A stretch of DNA of 63,277 bases, filler included, from Vermamoeba vermiformis (lineage: Eukaryota): the NCBI GenBank assembly GCA_045837725.1. It is 5 parts of 5 records of this genome, joined end to end, with 100 filler letters (N's around TTAATTAATTAA, not from the genome) between each part and the next. Parts side by side here need not be neighbours in the genome. Positions count along the whole stretch, not along the records: positions 35,363 to 48,984 come from JBEWZL010000164.1; positions 49,085 to 53,485 come from JBEWZL010000167.1; 3 more parts are not named here. The stretch is one strand, 5' to 3'. Position 1 is the first letter of the stretch; every line of letters begins with the position of its first letter. The notes below the pieces were generated by a model. That model did not search any database. It was given only the letters and a program-made list of their open reading frames with translations, and was not told the DNA's origin. The position numbers were made by a program, and so were the translations under genes. Of the stretch, positions 37,189-49,583 are shown one piece after another.

Positions 37189-39623
37189 ATGGTAAGAAAC
37201 AACGATTTATTAAATAATTAATTACTAATAATTATTATTTTAGGCGCAACCATTAAGCTTTACGGTCAGATCGTATATTAACTTTCTGATTTTCGCCAAG
37301 AATCGAACTCCGACAACAGATATCGACGCGTACCTCAAAGAGATATGCAACAACATAATGCGCTATCCTGCTTTTTTCCAAAAAAAGCAAGATTTGATCT
37401 TCTTCTTCTGCGTGTTTTGGTATCACCAAATGTTACCAACTCACGGGGAGAACTGTTATCCGTTGTGGTACAAAGCTTACCGTGCCAAAATCGCAGCAAC
37501 TCTGGCTATTGACGTGGATTCAGAAGCTTGGAAAGACTTCGCCCGCTTCTTTCATACTCTTCCTGCTCGTCTGGAAGCCGCGATGCGCCTGTGCCAACAA
37601 ATTACCGTGGAAAAGAAGATCAGAGACAGAGAGCAAAAAGAAGCCTATGGCGAAATTGTACACGGCGAACATTACCGTGTCTGGTGCGCGCTCCGCTATC
37701 ATTACTCGTATTGGCAGACAGACGACACTTTGCGCGCACTGCTGACCTCTGTGGAACTACAACGGCCGCAATGCGACTACGATCAACCTCTGTTCACCAA
37801 GTTTGCGTCGTTTTTGGTTTCAAGCTGGAAAATGGCATCCGGAAAAGCGCGTTCCAGTACGACCAACGAGGCACAAGTCCCAACCGGATTTGCGCTGGTA
37901 GACTTTGTCGATGGTTGTTCTGGCATTGGCCATGCTGCCTTCCACCGTGCTGCCTTCCTGACCGCTGCTGCTGGGGCTGTCTTTGGAGACACGCGCAAGC
38001 GTAAATCGGCGCATGGTGACGAGCGTGAAACAAAGAAGCAACGCTTGGAGGCCCCGGCAGTAATTCCTGAGGATGAAAGCGTTATCATCGATAACCCTAG
38101 CCCACGAGTCCCAACACCTCCTCAGGTGGTAAGTCTTGTAAATCCGCCATTACCAAATTTCTAACATTTGCTCATCAGGATTCGCCTCCGATATCCATAA
38201 GACCTTCGCATTCCTCGGATGAAGAAGTGGAACCGCCACAAGCGGAGCCCGAGTCGGAACTTCCGAACGAGTCGATCAACCAAGATTCGAACACAAATCT
38301 CTTGAAAGTGGCTAGTCCAAGGACTACCCAACCAACGGAGCAAGTAAGAAACAATTTACAATGATGCTCAGCTAACATATTTATTCAGCAACAAAGCAAG
38401 ATTCTGCTCATCGAGGATTTGAAGCATCTCAGGGAACTCGGCACCCGAACAAACGAGCGCAATTTCGAGATTATAAAGTGCAGCAACTTTGCGTGCACGT
38501 TGGAGGATTTCGAGGCGCTAAGGACTATGCCCACCTTCTGGAGCCTCGTTCTAGATTCGATGCGCCTGTCTGCCGAATTTGCCAGTAATAAGCCTTCCAA
38601 ATTCTGCAAAGAGGGGTAGGTAATTATTTTTGCAAGTTGTAGTTGATTAATCTTCCCTCCTAAGGTTGCGGAGGATAAAAGTCTTGGCCATCCGCCATCC
38701 CAATCGAGGTTTGCTCAATGCAATCGGACCGCATTGCAGCAATTTAGGGGCTGTAATATTGCGTTGGAGCTCTGCGACAAGCTTTGGGCTGGACTCTTTT
38801 CTGCTCAAAAACTTGTGTTTCATCCGGATTTGCCCCGATCAATACCTGCAGAACTTCTACAGCTTCCTGGGAAGAGGTGTTCAGCCAACTTTATCGAACA
38901 TTCTTGGCTATTTTTTCAAGTACACAGACTTCCTTATTGGGCTGCAGATTCCGTTACCTTGTTCCCCGACCGAATCTCCCACGATCAGCTTGTCAGGACT
39001 TGAAGTGCCCCAGCATTTTACATACTTGGCGCTATTCAGCTTTGGAAAGCATGCGACATTTGATTTGCAGTCTGTCTACCTCTCTACCATTGGACATCTG
39101 GCCCTGATCAACATTTTCATTGATCCCTTTATTCCTCCGAGGGACTATGACGAAAGTCACTGGTATTTTATGGAACGAGGACCGCGAATATACTTGGGAG
39201 GATCTGATAAGGAAACGACGTTGAAGATTTTTGAAGAGATAATTGATATTCGCCCGTAAGTTATTTAAAATATCTTAACCCGCAAACCTGATATTGATTA
39301 TTAAACTCAGGTTTGCTTATGCGAACAATGCGCTAGTTCCGCGCTTGCTTTACCCGCTCCCTCTTTTCCAAAGCATCTGGTTGGAAGATGTTACCCAACA
39401 CCTAAGGCCGAACCATCCTAGAAGCACATCGCACAAATACTTAGCGGCCGCCCAGGACCGGTTTTTTCAAGCTTTCTTTCCAGCTGAGGTTAGCCAGGAT
39501 CTCAACTCGGAAATACTGAAATACTGCATCCCAAAGCACGACGCCAACTTCTTCACAGTCCCTCTGGCAGCTTCAATGGCAAGCGTGCAACACAAATTCG
39601 AGCTGTTTGCTTACCGTGCGTGA
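37189..39623 (+). CDS. Element gene 1: unknown nuclear protein with degenerate LRR-like C-terminal half
   Basis: ATG-only first exon, then in-frame exons covering ORFs 37358, 38419, 38666 and 39294; bipartite NLS-like RKRK..TKKQRL. Confidence 0.65.
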
Positions 39624-39845
39624 GCACTTGCCGCCAAATTTTTTGGATGTGCTCACCCGCCCCGCCAAAATTTTTGGGTGTGTGCACTCAGCCCGCCAAA
39701 ACTCACGTGCACTGGACCAATAAAATCACGACGACAGGTTTAAAAACAAATCGCTGCTGTTTCCCGTTCGTCTATTGTTTGACACAACCACAACTGCAAC
39801 TGTGCACGTTACAACTAGTTTATCGCACTCACCACTGCTGCTAAA

Positions 39846-42356
39846 ATGGTAAGTAAGCAACCACGTTTTACGTGAGCTGCAATAGTCTTTCGGCTAGAAT
39901 ACTTCATAATAATGTTGGTATCCAGTCCCGAAGAGACTATATGGACTTGGTGCGAAGCTACCATTCTCAACGTTCCGGAGAGTCCCTTGGCAACCACGAA
40001 CAAATGGAAACTGAGGAGTATGAGAAGGTAAGGACTAGAGCACCGAAAAATTGTCATCTGGTTTCACATCCGAATTTAACCACACAATTTCAGAGCAGTG
40101 CTTCTGTACGTGTTAACCTGTCACGTAAGGCAAAGGATGAGTTTAATTCATGGAGTTATTATGGTACGTTAGGATGCTAATTTTCATTTATTTTTTGGAT
40201 GCGGATTTAACATCCGTTTTTAGAGTCGGATGACGAACCGACGGATGCTCCTTTGCTGAACTTTACCGAACCCTCCGACAACAAAGCTGCCAAAAGAAAA
40301 TATTGGCTCAGCAACCCTGAGATGGCAGCCCATGATTGGGACGATCTTCAACAAACGGACGTTCCCTCTGACGGAGACCTCGACTTCGTAGAGAACGATG
40401 AGCAACCTCTCCCTAACGACGAAGACTTCATGGATATTGATAAGAACGACGAAGAGGATGCTTACAATGATGAACCCTCAAGTTCTGAGTGCGACTCAAG
40501 ATCCAAGGATGCTGACGACGCCGACTTCAACTCCAAGGCTGACAACGACTCCAAGGCCAATGCTGACGATGCCGACTTCAACTCCAAGGATGGCAACGAC
40601 TCCAAAACCAAGGCCGACAATGACGCCGACTTCAACTCCAAGCATGGCAACGAGTCCAAGGCCAATGCTGGCGACGACTCCAAGGCCAATGCTGACAACA
40701 CCGACTTCAATGGCAACGACTCCAAGGCCAATGCTGGCGACGACTCCAAGGCCAATGCTGATGATAATGCTGACTCCAAGGATGGTGATGACTCCAAGGC
40801 CAATGCTGGCGACGGCTCCAAGGCCAACGCTGACGACTCTAGTGACTCCAACTCCAACAATGGCGACGACTCTAATGCCAGCGCTGACGACTCCAGCGAC
40901 TCCAGTGACTCCAGCGACTCCAGCGACTCCAGTGACTCCAGCGACTCCAACTCCAACAATGGCGACAATTCCAATACCCTCAAAGGTGGTGCCAACACCA
41001 AGAGCACAAAGTCAAAGCCCTTGCGCCCGTCGCTATCCAACGAAGTATCTCATTCAAAGAAAGGCTCGCTTATAACACTGTCATCTCCGCATAGCAAGAA
41101 GCTGAAATCGGTTCGATTCAATTTGACGGCAACGAGGCACGCAAAGGTACGCGATCGCAAGCGCTCCTCAAAGTTACTGAAAAAAAGTAAGTTAGTACTA
41201 AAAGTAATTAATGTGGCTAATTGGTCGTGCAGGTGAATCCTTGCGCTTAAAGTCACGTCCTGACCCGAAGACAAAGACTAAGTCCAGTAGCTGCCCAGGC
41301 AAGTAATAAAAACGAACCTATTGTCATATGCTAATGTACTTGTAAAGGCAGTACCACTAACAGCATCAAGAAATTGCTGGAAGCTCAAAGCTCGCAACAG
41401 GCCAAAGACAAACTCATTCATAAATACATCCGGGGTCTTTGTCAGAACTTGGATGTGTTAAGTGAGCTTGGCTTAGACTTCTTGATTAAGGGCGAGGGCA
41501 AGTTCATTGGGTTTGGCTATCAAAAAAAGAAGTACAAACTAAAACTTGCACGCTCATCGACAAAAGCTTCTGCTCGGGAGGGTAGTTGTGCCACGACTGC
41601 TATCAGAAGTACCGAAAGCGAAAAAGGTAATATATTTTATTCGGAGCATTCCAAAATAATATTGTTGCTAATTACATAACAGAGCCGTCTACCCGGGTTC
41701 GAAAACTTCTCCACGAATGCCGTTTTCTTAAAGAGACATACGATAAATGCTCCGACCTCAACAACGCTGGATTGCCTGCCGTTGCAACGACACCTGGGCA
41801 CGAAGTGCTTAGCTACTTTGTTTCTGGTGCGTTAGATGTCGAGCTTGATGGCAATTTGGATGCCGTCACGAGCTCCATCAACTCACAGCTGCAAGTCGTC
41901 TCCAAACTCGAGTTGCGTGTCGTCGAGCTCACGGTTCTTATCAAATTGAAGACGTTCTACATTGGCGCACTTGTAGAGAAGTTGTCGGACTACTTTCGCG
42001 ATAGATCGCGCGCTGAAAATACGCAAGCGATGCAAGTGGAGGTGAACGATAATATTTTCAAGGTGTTACAACAGTGCACTGCTTCAAATTTGGTTGCTGC
42101 AATGCCGGACGATCCGAACATTAAGAAGTTGGCAAGCAACGCATCCAAGCCAAACTTGCAACGCGACTTTTTCCGTCAATGGAAATTTCGGTTAAGCCGA
42201 TTTTTTAATATCTGCTCAATTGAAAAAAAGTTGCTCTTTACGGATCTGTCACTCACGCAAATTGTGCGGACATTTCCAGATCCAAATGCAACTATGATTC
42301 TATTTGATTATATTCGCACACACTCAGACGAATACCCCGATTGGCTAACGAGTTAA
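39846..42356 (+). CDS. Element gene 2: acidic D/S/N-repeat protein with basic region and helical C-terminal domain
   Basis: ATG-only first exon; exons join ORFs 40253, 41374 and 41772 in frame; one GC-AG intron (41299-41347). Confidence 0.65.
40500..40970 (+). repeat. Coding minisatellite (DSKANADD / DSS repeats)
   Basis: GACTCCAAGGCCAATGCT and GACTCCAG(C/T) units inside gene 2. Confidence 0.85.
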
Positions 42357-42547
42357 TTTAGTTTCGCGACATCACTAACTTGTACCAACAAACTGATAAG
42401 CCAAGTACGTATATAACACTTATTTATTAATTATACTGACTTTCGTTGCAAGGCACTGCTTTTTCCCCTTTCAAACTCAACTTTGATCTTCGTGAATTTG
42501 GTTCGTCTGTCTACGACCACAACGACGAGTCAGATAAAGAGAATCAA

Positions 42548-45500
42548 ATGGAACTCGATTTGTATCCTGCTGGTATGTTACCTTAGATTAACAATGGATT
42601 GCTCCTAATATTTTTTAGAATTTTGCGGAACGGATCTGGTTGAGGATCCAGAACTGAGGCACCTTGAAGAGGAGGACATTAATATGCTAACTGGTAGGTT
42701 TCGGTCGACGATAATATAAATATTACTAATACTAATATTGATATTAGAAAATTGGTTGGACTCTACCAAACCGACTGGCCTTTGCTCGTTGGCGCAACTT
42801 ACGGCTGCGCTGGAGTCGACTCTAAACAGTAAGTGACAAATTGACAAATTTGCAATGCCTGACAATGTTCAATAATAGCTCCAGCCTCAAAACGAGCGAA
42901 TTCGAGGCAATCATCAGCTCGCCAATCACCAGTTGCGGAGTCTCCTTCGAAATGGCTTCGCAACTCACCGAGCCCACGAGTTGCAACCAAAAAGCCGTCA
43001 AACTCTTCACCGAGGGGAGCTTTATCGCGACCTTCGACTCCCACAGTAGTCGGTGGAGCTGCATCTAAGCGGCGGTCACCAGCACTCTCAATGTCAAAGC
43101 GCTCTCCTGCTAGAACGCCAAGTCCCATAGAATCTCCTTGCTTATCTCCTGACTCTATTGGAACTCCTGTTGGATCGCCTATTGGATCGCCTATTGGCTC
43201 TCCAAGAGTTTCAAGGCGCGTTGCCGAAGAAGATTTTGCGGAAGAGTTCTCGGAGGAGTTCTATTCGCTGGTCAGAGATTGGCTTGCAGATGGACCGGAG
43301 GCTAGCTTACCTGACTTACTACGCTTCAATAAGTTGACCGATGCCGAAAAGTCTGCCTTTTACACCTACGCTGAACGGTAAGTACTTTCACGATTAATCT
43401 AAGAGGACAAATTACTGATCAGTAACGATAGTGATTTCATTGACCACAGCAGCACGCGCAAGAAGTACAAGCCCGAGTACCTGGATCGCATACGCTCTGC
43501 ACTTGAGAATGGCAGAGCTAAAGTTAGTGTCTACACGCAGCATTTGCTGACCAATGCAAAGATAATTGGTAGCGACGCCGATTTTGGTGCCGGCTTTGAG
43601 AAGAATATCGCTTGGATGACTTCGCAACACTACTTCGGTCCGCGCTACTCTCTCAAATCTGACAGTGACATGCAAATAACAAGCAGCATCGACAATGACT
43701 TCATTGGCTTCTTGTTTGAAGACCTAACATTTATTAAGGTCCTATTTGATCTTGTTTATTGTCCCGATTTTAGCCCAGCCGCAAGGTTATCCAATTGCAA
43801 GATGACTTACGCGGGCAAATCTTTGCATTCAGTACCTAACATCTCTCTCGGGTAAGACTCAGGTTTCTTTGTTAATAGGGTTTCATATGCTAATGTTTAA
43901 TTAATAGGCTTATCAACAACACTCTCTTACTGTATGTGGTCTTTCCGTTTTGTAAAGACGATCGCACGGCTGCCGTTAATAGGTTTTTTAAGAGTTGCAT
44001 CTATCAAGGTAAACCTCATCGCATTTTCAGCCAAAACCAATTCTAATTATTCTATTTAAGGCGTATACAACTCTAAACAACGACAAGTATCGCCGCTAGC
44101 ATCCTCCTACGAGGTGGGTCGTACTGTTTCCGTACCCGGATCGACTTTTGCTGTTAAACCCGACACATTGAAATGCATCGGCAGAGCCATTGCCGAACTT
44201 GTGCGAGAAGACGAGACGTAAGATCAATTATACAATTAATTACTAGACGGGACTAACAATAACTACAGAATGCGACCAGTATTTGTCGCGCAATACTTTG
44301 GTCAAAAAGAACCTATTGACCGGGCACGTGTCAAGGAAATCTACGAAGAGCTCTGCGAATCGTTCGACATGGATAGGGTGTACAACCATCGCCATGGAGC
44401 TAAAGCTTGGTTTTTCTTCGACATTGCCGAGGATTTTGCGTATGTACTACCAAGCGACTCGTTTTATCTTATTAATAACTTGTAGATGCAATGACCCCGA
44501 TGATATAACTTTATTCTTCACGCGAGACATTACGCATCTTCTTAAAGACCGTCAGCGATCTCCTTTCGCGAGATTGATGGTGCGAAACTCGACAAGAACT
44601 GTACGAAAGCGCTCTGAGGATCAGTCAAAGGATTATAAGAGTTGTGCGTAAGTAAATTCATAAATGATAACCAAAATGGCTAACGGTGCATATTTAGCTG
44701 TACAGAGTTTCCAAACTATGGTATTGGCTCGTTTGCAAGTCTAACGCTCCAGTGGAAAAATCAGTACTCGCTTTTACACAAAATTAAAGTTTACGACAAG
44801 TCGAGCGAGGTGTTTCGTCACAACTCTCCATTCGCTGACATATGGCACGCAGCACTTTCGTTTCCGTTCGAAAGCGTAAAAACGTTGTTCTCGCATGCAC
44901 CAGCACTTTCAAAGAAGCTAGAAAACCGGCTGCAAAGCGAGGCTGAACAAGTTCATACCCGCTCTCACCTCAAACGCGCGGAGGCCCTCTATTCTAAAGT
45001 ACTTCCGGACAAGGCTTACGGACCGCGAGTAGAGCTCACTTTGCAAAATCCAACTCTGGATGAGCTCGAGACAGCGTACGACACGCTGGTAGAGTTTGCG
45101 GAGGCGGTCATTTGCCTTTTTAACATAACAAAGGCAATGTATCAATGCAATGTGGCTCCGAAAGAGATACTGAGGTGCTGCCCGCTTCAAGCAGTTCAGA
45201 CTGAAACATTGTGCGCCATCCCTCGCATGTTTACGCGGAGCATTGCCAATTATTTTTACTCGCTGCTCGAACATATTATATCCGGTAAGTCATAATCTTT
45301 GTTACCAAGCTTTACCTTGCTAATGAATATGCAGCTAAATACTTGCAAGCATTCGCTTACAACGATCATTTCGTCCGTCTTGCATTTTTACTGCAGGACC
45401 AGTTAACTTTCATTTGGTCTGGTTCCGTTCAGTCGCTACTTCACCCCACTCTATTCACGCGGTACAAGCAACTCGAAGCAGTACTCGACTACGGACATTT

Positions 45501-46737
45501 TTACGTGAGCAAAGACTTGCTTGTGCCGAGCCTGAACTTTTCCAAGGCAAGATTATATTCAATTTCTCGTGCAAATGATGCCGAAGATGATGAAGTAGAA
45601 TTGCTCGACGTTGGCCTACCGCGTCAATTCATTTACAAGATATTCCCTGATTCCAACGATCAGGATACTCTCAACGAAATCTTAACGAACGTGCGGTTGT
45701 GCCTCTGTTCGTCAGATGGCATAGTATCCCCAAGAGACAAATCAATTAGTTCGATTATGGCTGCCAACCTGGTCAACTCCTTGTTTGCCGCTTTGTTTAG
45801 CGCAGCAAACATCGTAACATCGGCGAAACAGACGCAGTTCATCAAGTTGTTACAAGGAGAAGATGAAACAACGATTCAATCGTTTCTCGAACGCGCTTAC
45901 TTGCAGCAGGAGAATTTTGCCGTTCCAATCAAGGTACGGAGATCTAAACTGCGATTTGTAATTACTAACTCACTCATTTTAGGTATATTTCAAAGACCGG
46001 TTGTTGAGCGTATCGGACCTTATCGAGATGGCATTTCCGCGAGAGCCAAAAGAGCAACTCTTTGGTCGCACACCTGTGCGTGTCAATTTTGCTAAGCATT
46101 GGGTTCTGGCAACGAAGACTGTAATAGAGCATCTTAACGATCGTTTGAAGATTGGATCGTTAAAAGCGGCGCGCATTGTGCAACATGTTCGAAACTATAC
46201 CCACGATATTTTAACTGTGGATACAATCGTTTCGAAAATGCGCGGCCTACTTGCAGGTTTGAATCTGCGATTCTTCCCTGTTTTCTCATCGAACACTTTC
46301 TGGGGCTACGATGGCAAATTCAAATTTGCTCAAATATTGCCAAGCTCACGAACTCGCGTTCTTCAAATAGTCAATGGCAAGCCGGTCATGACCGAGTCCA
46401 AGCAGATCATCGACAATGAAGCTAAACTTCGCGTAAGTTAGTCCGTACAGTAGTAGATGTATTACTAAGCTCTTCTTAGCTTCTAAGGCACATATGCTTG
46501 AACTCCAAGCTCGTTGACGGTGTAAAAAGCCGCACCGAACTGCTCGCGCACTGTACGTACCATGCGTTCAAAAGGAGTGACTTAAAAGTCAAAAAGCCAG
46601 AGTACCACAACACTGTTAGAGAGTACGTGTTTGCGACAGGTTTATTCCCTTGGGTTACCCCGCGATCTCAGATCTTGCCCGCGCCAGATTCGGTTTGGTT
46701 AGAAAAGTATCGCGAGATTTTTGGCAAAGAAAATTAG
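42548..46737 (+). CDS. Element gene 3: large (>1000 aa) protein with Rep_trans-like motif triad
   Basis: About 13 exons joined in frame by GT-AG introns; Ser/Pro-rich N-terminus; motifs FFDIAED (44420), KIKVYDKSSE (Tyr codon 44792), YGPRVELTL (Arg codon 45026). The gene model is well supported; the function is inferred. Confidence 0.6.
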
Positions 46738-47029
46738 AATAGTTTGTTGTAACACAGCTGTTGTAGTAAACACCCATCATTAAACACACCTCCGCAGTAA
46801 GTTCTTTAAACCATCCACTTTTGATCGGATCCGCAACGTTTCCGATTTTTCGAAATAAACGCTTCGGATATTGCGTTCTATTTTTTAATAAAGAAATTTA
46901 ATAATTAAAGCAGTACTACTCGCCAAATCTTTTTGCGAATCCAAATCTAAATTCAATTAATTTAATATTGTTATTAAAGGGAAGAACACACATTTATACC
47001 ACGGTATTTGAAGTATAAAATTAGTCATA

Positions 47030-48557
47030 ATGACCCGGTAAGTTTTACGTTTCCAGATCGTGAAATATTTTTGTAAATCTGCCCGCTAATATTTAAAGGT
47101 AATTTATTCGCTAACTAATGAACGGTTGCAGAAACAAGCGAAGAGGCAACAATCAGAAGCCTAAAAAATTAGAGAAAGACCGTCACGTCACCGAAGATCA
47201 GGGATCAAAGCGTCAAGCCCCGGCAAAAGTCACGAAAGGAAAGGCCGATGAAACAAAGGAGGTCAATGCGCGTAAGAAGGGTGCAGTGGATTCGCGCCAG
47301 AGCAAAACCCAAGATCAGATTAAGAGCACAAAGGTGACGACTAGATCGCGAGCAAAGTCATCCACAACGAAGGACAACAGCAAGACGAAAGCGAGTCCGA
47401 AGAAAAAGCAGTCGACAAAGGCGAAAGAATCGGACAGTGCTTCGTCCAGCGAAGACAAGTTACATGATTCTCGCCCGAATCAGAAGAAGTCCAATACGAA
47501 CCAGGACGAAAGTAGCGAGAGCGACGGTGACGGCGAGGAGAATAATGAAAATAATGAAGACAATGAAAGAAAAGACAACAAAAAGCACCGCGATACTGAA
47601 AGCGATGTTCAGAGCGACGATAGCAACGTCGACAGAGAGAGCGACGAGATAGCAAATAACAATGAAGGTGGTGACATCAGTGAGGCGAACGACGACATCG
47701 AAAATAATATTGAAGAAGTTGTTGAAGATGCAGATGCCAAAGGCAAGTATTTACGATTTTTATATCTCGTACTTATAGTCGGTAGATAAAAAACGAAAGC
47801 GCAATCCTCAACTTTCCGAATTGTGGCCTCGTAAAAAGGCTAGAATTGACGTTCATGCTCGCGAGGACCTTCATGATTGGAAGCCACTCTCTACTGACAA
47901 CGACGGTATGTTTGGTGGCCTCGTACTATTGTTAATATTTAATTTTAGCAAAGTCTCGCACTCAGAACTTGACAACAACAATGCAGTATATTTGGGCCAA
48001 TGGAGTGTATCATAACAGCGTCTTCAATGAGGATTCGAAGAGTTCTCGTGGTACTTTTGCTCCAATCCTGCTGTATCACTATATTTGTACGTTAAACTAC
48101 TATTCGAATTACGTCAGTATTGCTAACGATTGATGAAAGTGGTAAACGCACTAATGTGCGGCACAGTGTGTGACAAGTCAGCTGTTGAGGAATTAAGTTG
48201 TGCGCTCTCTAACCAGCGCAAAGTGCATGATATTGTGGCTTTGGATATAACGGCAACGGCGTTGTGCACCGAGACAGGAATGCAAGCAAAAACAATTGCT
48301 GGAGCTTTTGATAAGCTCATTTATTTAGAAATGGTTGCAAGGGTTGAGTCACGTGGGTATGTAAAACATTTGCATTCAGCAAGGCTTGTTCTAATGGTAT
48401 AATTAGTGTTTTGCTACTTCTACCTCCTCCTCTTCCTGCCAAAGTTCTCAGTATCAATACGAATCTTGGTCTTGGTGAACAGTTGTTAGATGCAATTAAG
48501 AAGAATGCATTATCAAAGGAAGAGAAAAAACAATTGTTAAAGCAGTTGTTAAAGTAG
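47030..48557 (+). CDS. Element gene 4: basic/acidic low-complexity nuclear protein with small C-terminal domain
   Basis: MTR|NKRRGNNQK..., K-rich then D/E-rich tracts, NLS-like KKRKR..RKKAR, GC-AG intron 47743-47785; ends about 210 bp from the telomere. Confidence 0.62.
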
Positions 48558-48764
48558 GGCAAATAAAAGGCTAATTTCCTATTAATATTGTTTTTGTTTG
48601 AAATTGAAAGATGGCACTTGCAAAATATTTGTTGGGCATTTTACAAAGGGAATTCAAGTGTACGAAGTAAAAGCACAAAAAAATTCGGTGTTTCTAACAC
48701 AGACAATGAAAGCATAATATCTTGGTAACTCAACTGCAAAAAAATAGTGTGGAGTGGTAACAAT

Positions 48765-48984
48765 GGTTAGGGTTAGGGTTAGGGTTAGGGTTAGGGTTAG
48801 GGTTAGGGTTAGGGTTAGGGTTAGGGTTAGGGTTAGGGTTAGGGTTAGGGTTAGGGTTAGGGTTAGGGTTAGGGTTAGGGTTAGGGTTAGGGTTAGGGTT
48901 AGGGTTAGGGTTAGGGTTAGGGTTAGGGTTAGGGTTAGGGTTAGGGTTAGGGTTAGGGTTAGGGTTAGGGTTGGGGTTAGGGTT
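48765..48984 (+). repeat. Telomeric repeat (TTAGGG)n, about 36 units, at contig end
   Basis: TTAGGG tract running to the contig end with the G-rich strand 5'->3' outward; one TTGGGG variant at 48971. Confidence 0.98.
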
Positions 48985-49084
48985 NNNNNNNNNNNNNNNN
49001 NNNNNNNNNNNNNNNNNNNNNNNNNNNNTTAATTAATTAANNNNNNNNNNNNNNNNNNNNNNNNNNNNNNNNNNNNNNNNNNNN
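48985..49084. other. Artificial contig spacer
   Basis: N-run + TTAATTAATTAA + N-run. Confidence 0.98.
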
Positions 49085-49583
49085 TAAATAAACAATTCAG
49101 ATCTGGTTGGATCTTGTACTGGCATGATCGACGGAAACATTTTATGACAGAGGTTAAATCGTAATGCTTATGCGTATCAAGATATTCTGGAAGATTCTAA
49201 AGCTAGTTTTTCGGTACACAAAACACAAACGTCCCTCCAAAGCTGAGAAATAATGCTGAAATGTTTTGACCGAAAATATCTGGGGAAACGACAAAACGGC
49301 ATCGATGCGCGAAAAACATTCAGTTCTTTCTACAAGCACAACAAAGTACCTCAGTGCTCTATCATTTAAGTTACTGGTAAGTTCTTGAAGAAACAAATAT
49401 TTAATTGCGGTTGGATCATGTTTAAATTTGTCAATTATTCGATTATAATCTCGATTGACTAAAATATGATTATTAATATCATATTTACCAATAGCATAAC
49501 ACTTAATTTTTATTAGATTTTACCATTTTGATAATTATTTTTTTGATAGATCCAGTGACACCTGCTCTCTGCAATATTTGATA

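Larger units (their letters stand above)
35440..48765 (+). mobile_element. Candidate subtelomeric mobile/selfish element (hairpin array + four co-oriented genes + telomere)
   Basis: No recognisable housekeeping genes, all genes point to the telomere, terminal repeat array, one protein with Rep_trans-like motifs. Boundaries are inferred. Confidence 0.45.

Noticed and set aside
40398-41075. Mucin-like and LES-repeat ORFs overlapping gene 2
   Set aside because: Alternative-frame and antisense shadows of the D/S/N minisatellite; only the acidic frame splices in frame with the flanking exons.
48754-49032. ORF (VR)n
   Set aside because: Translation of telomeric TTAGGG running into Ns.
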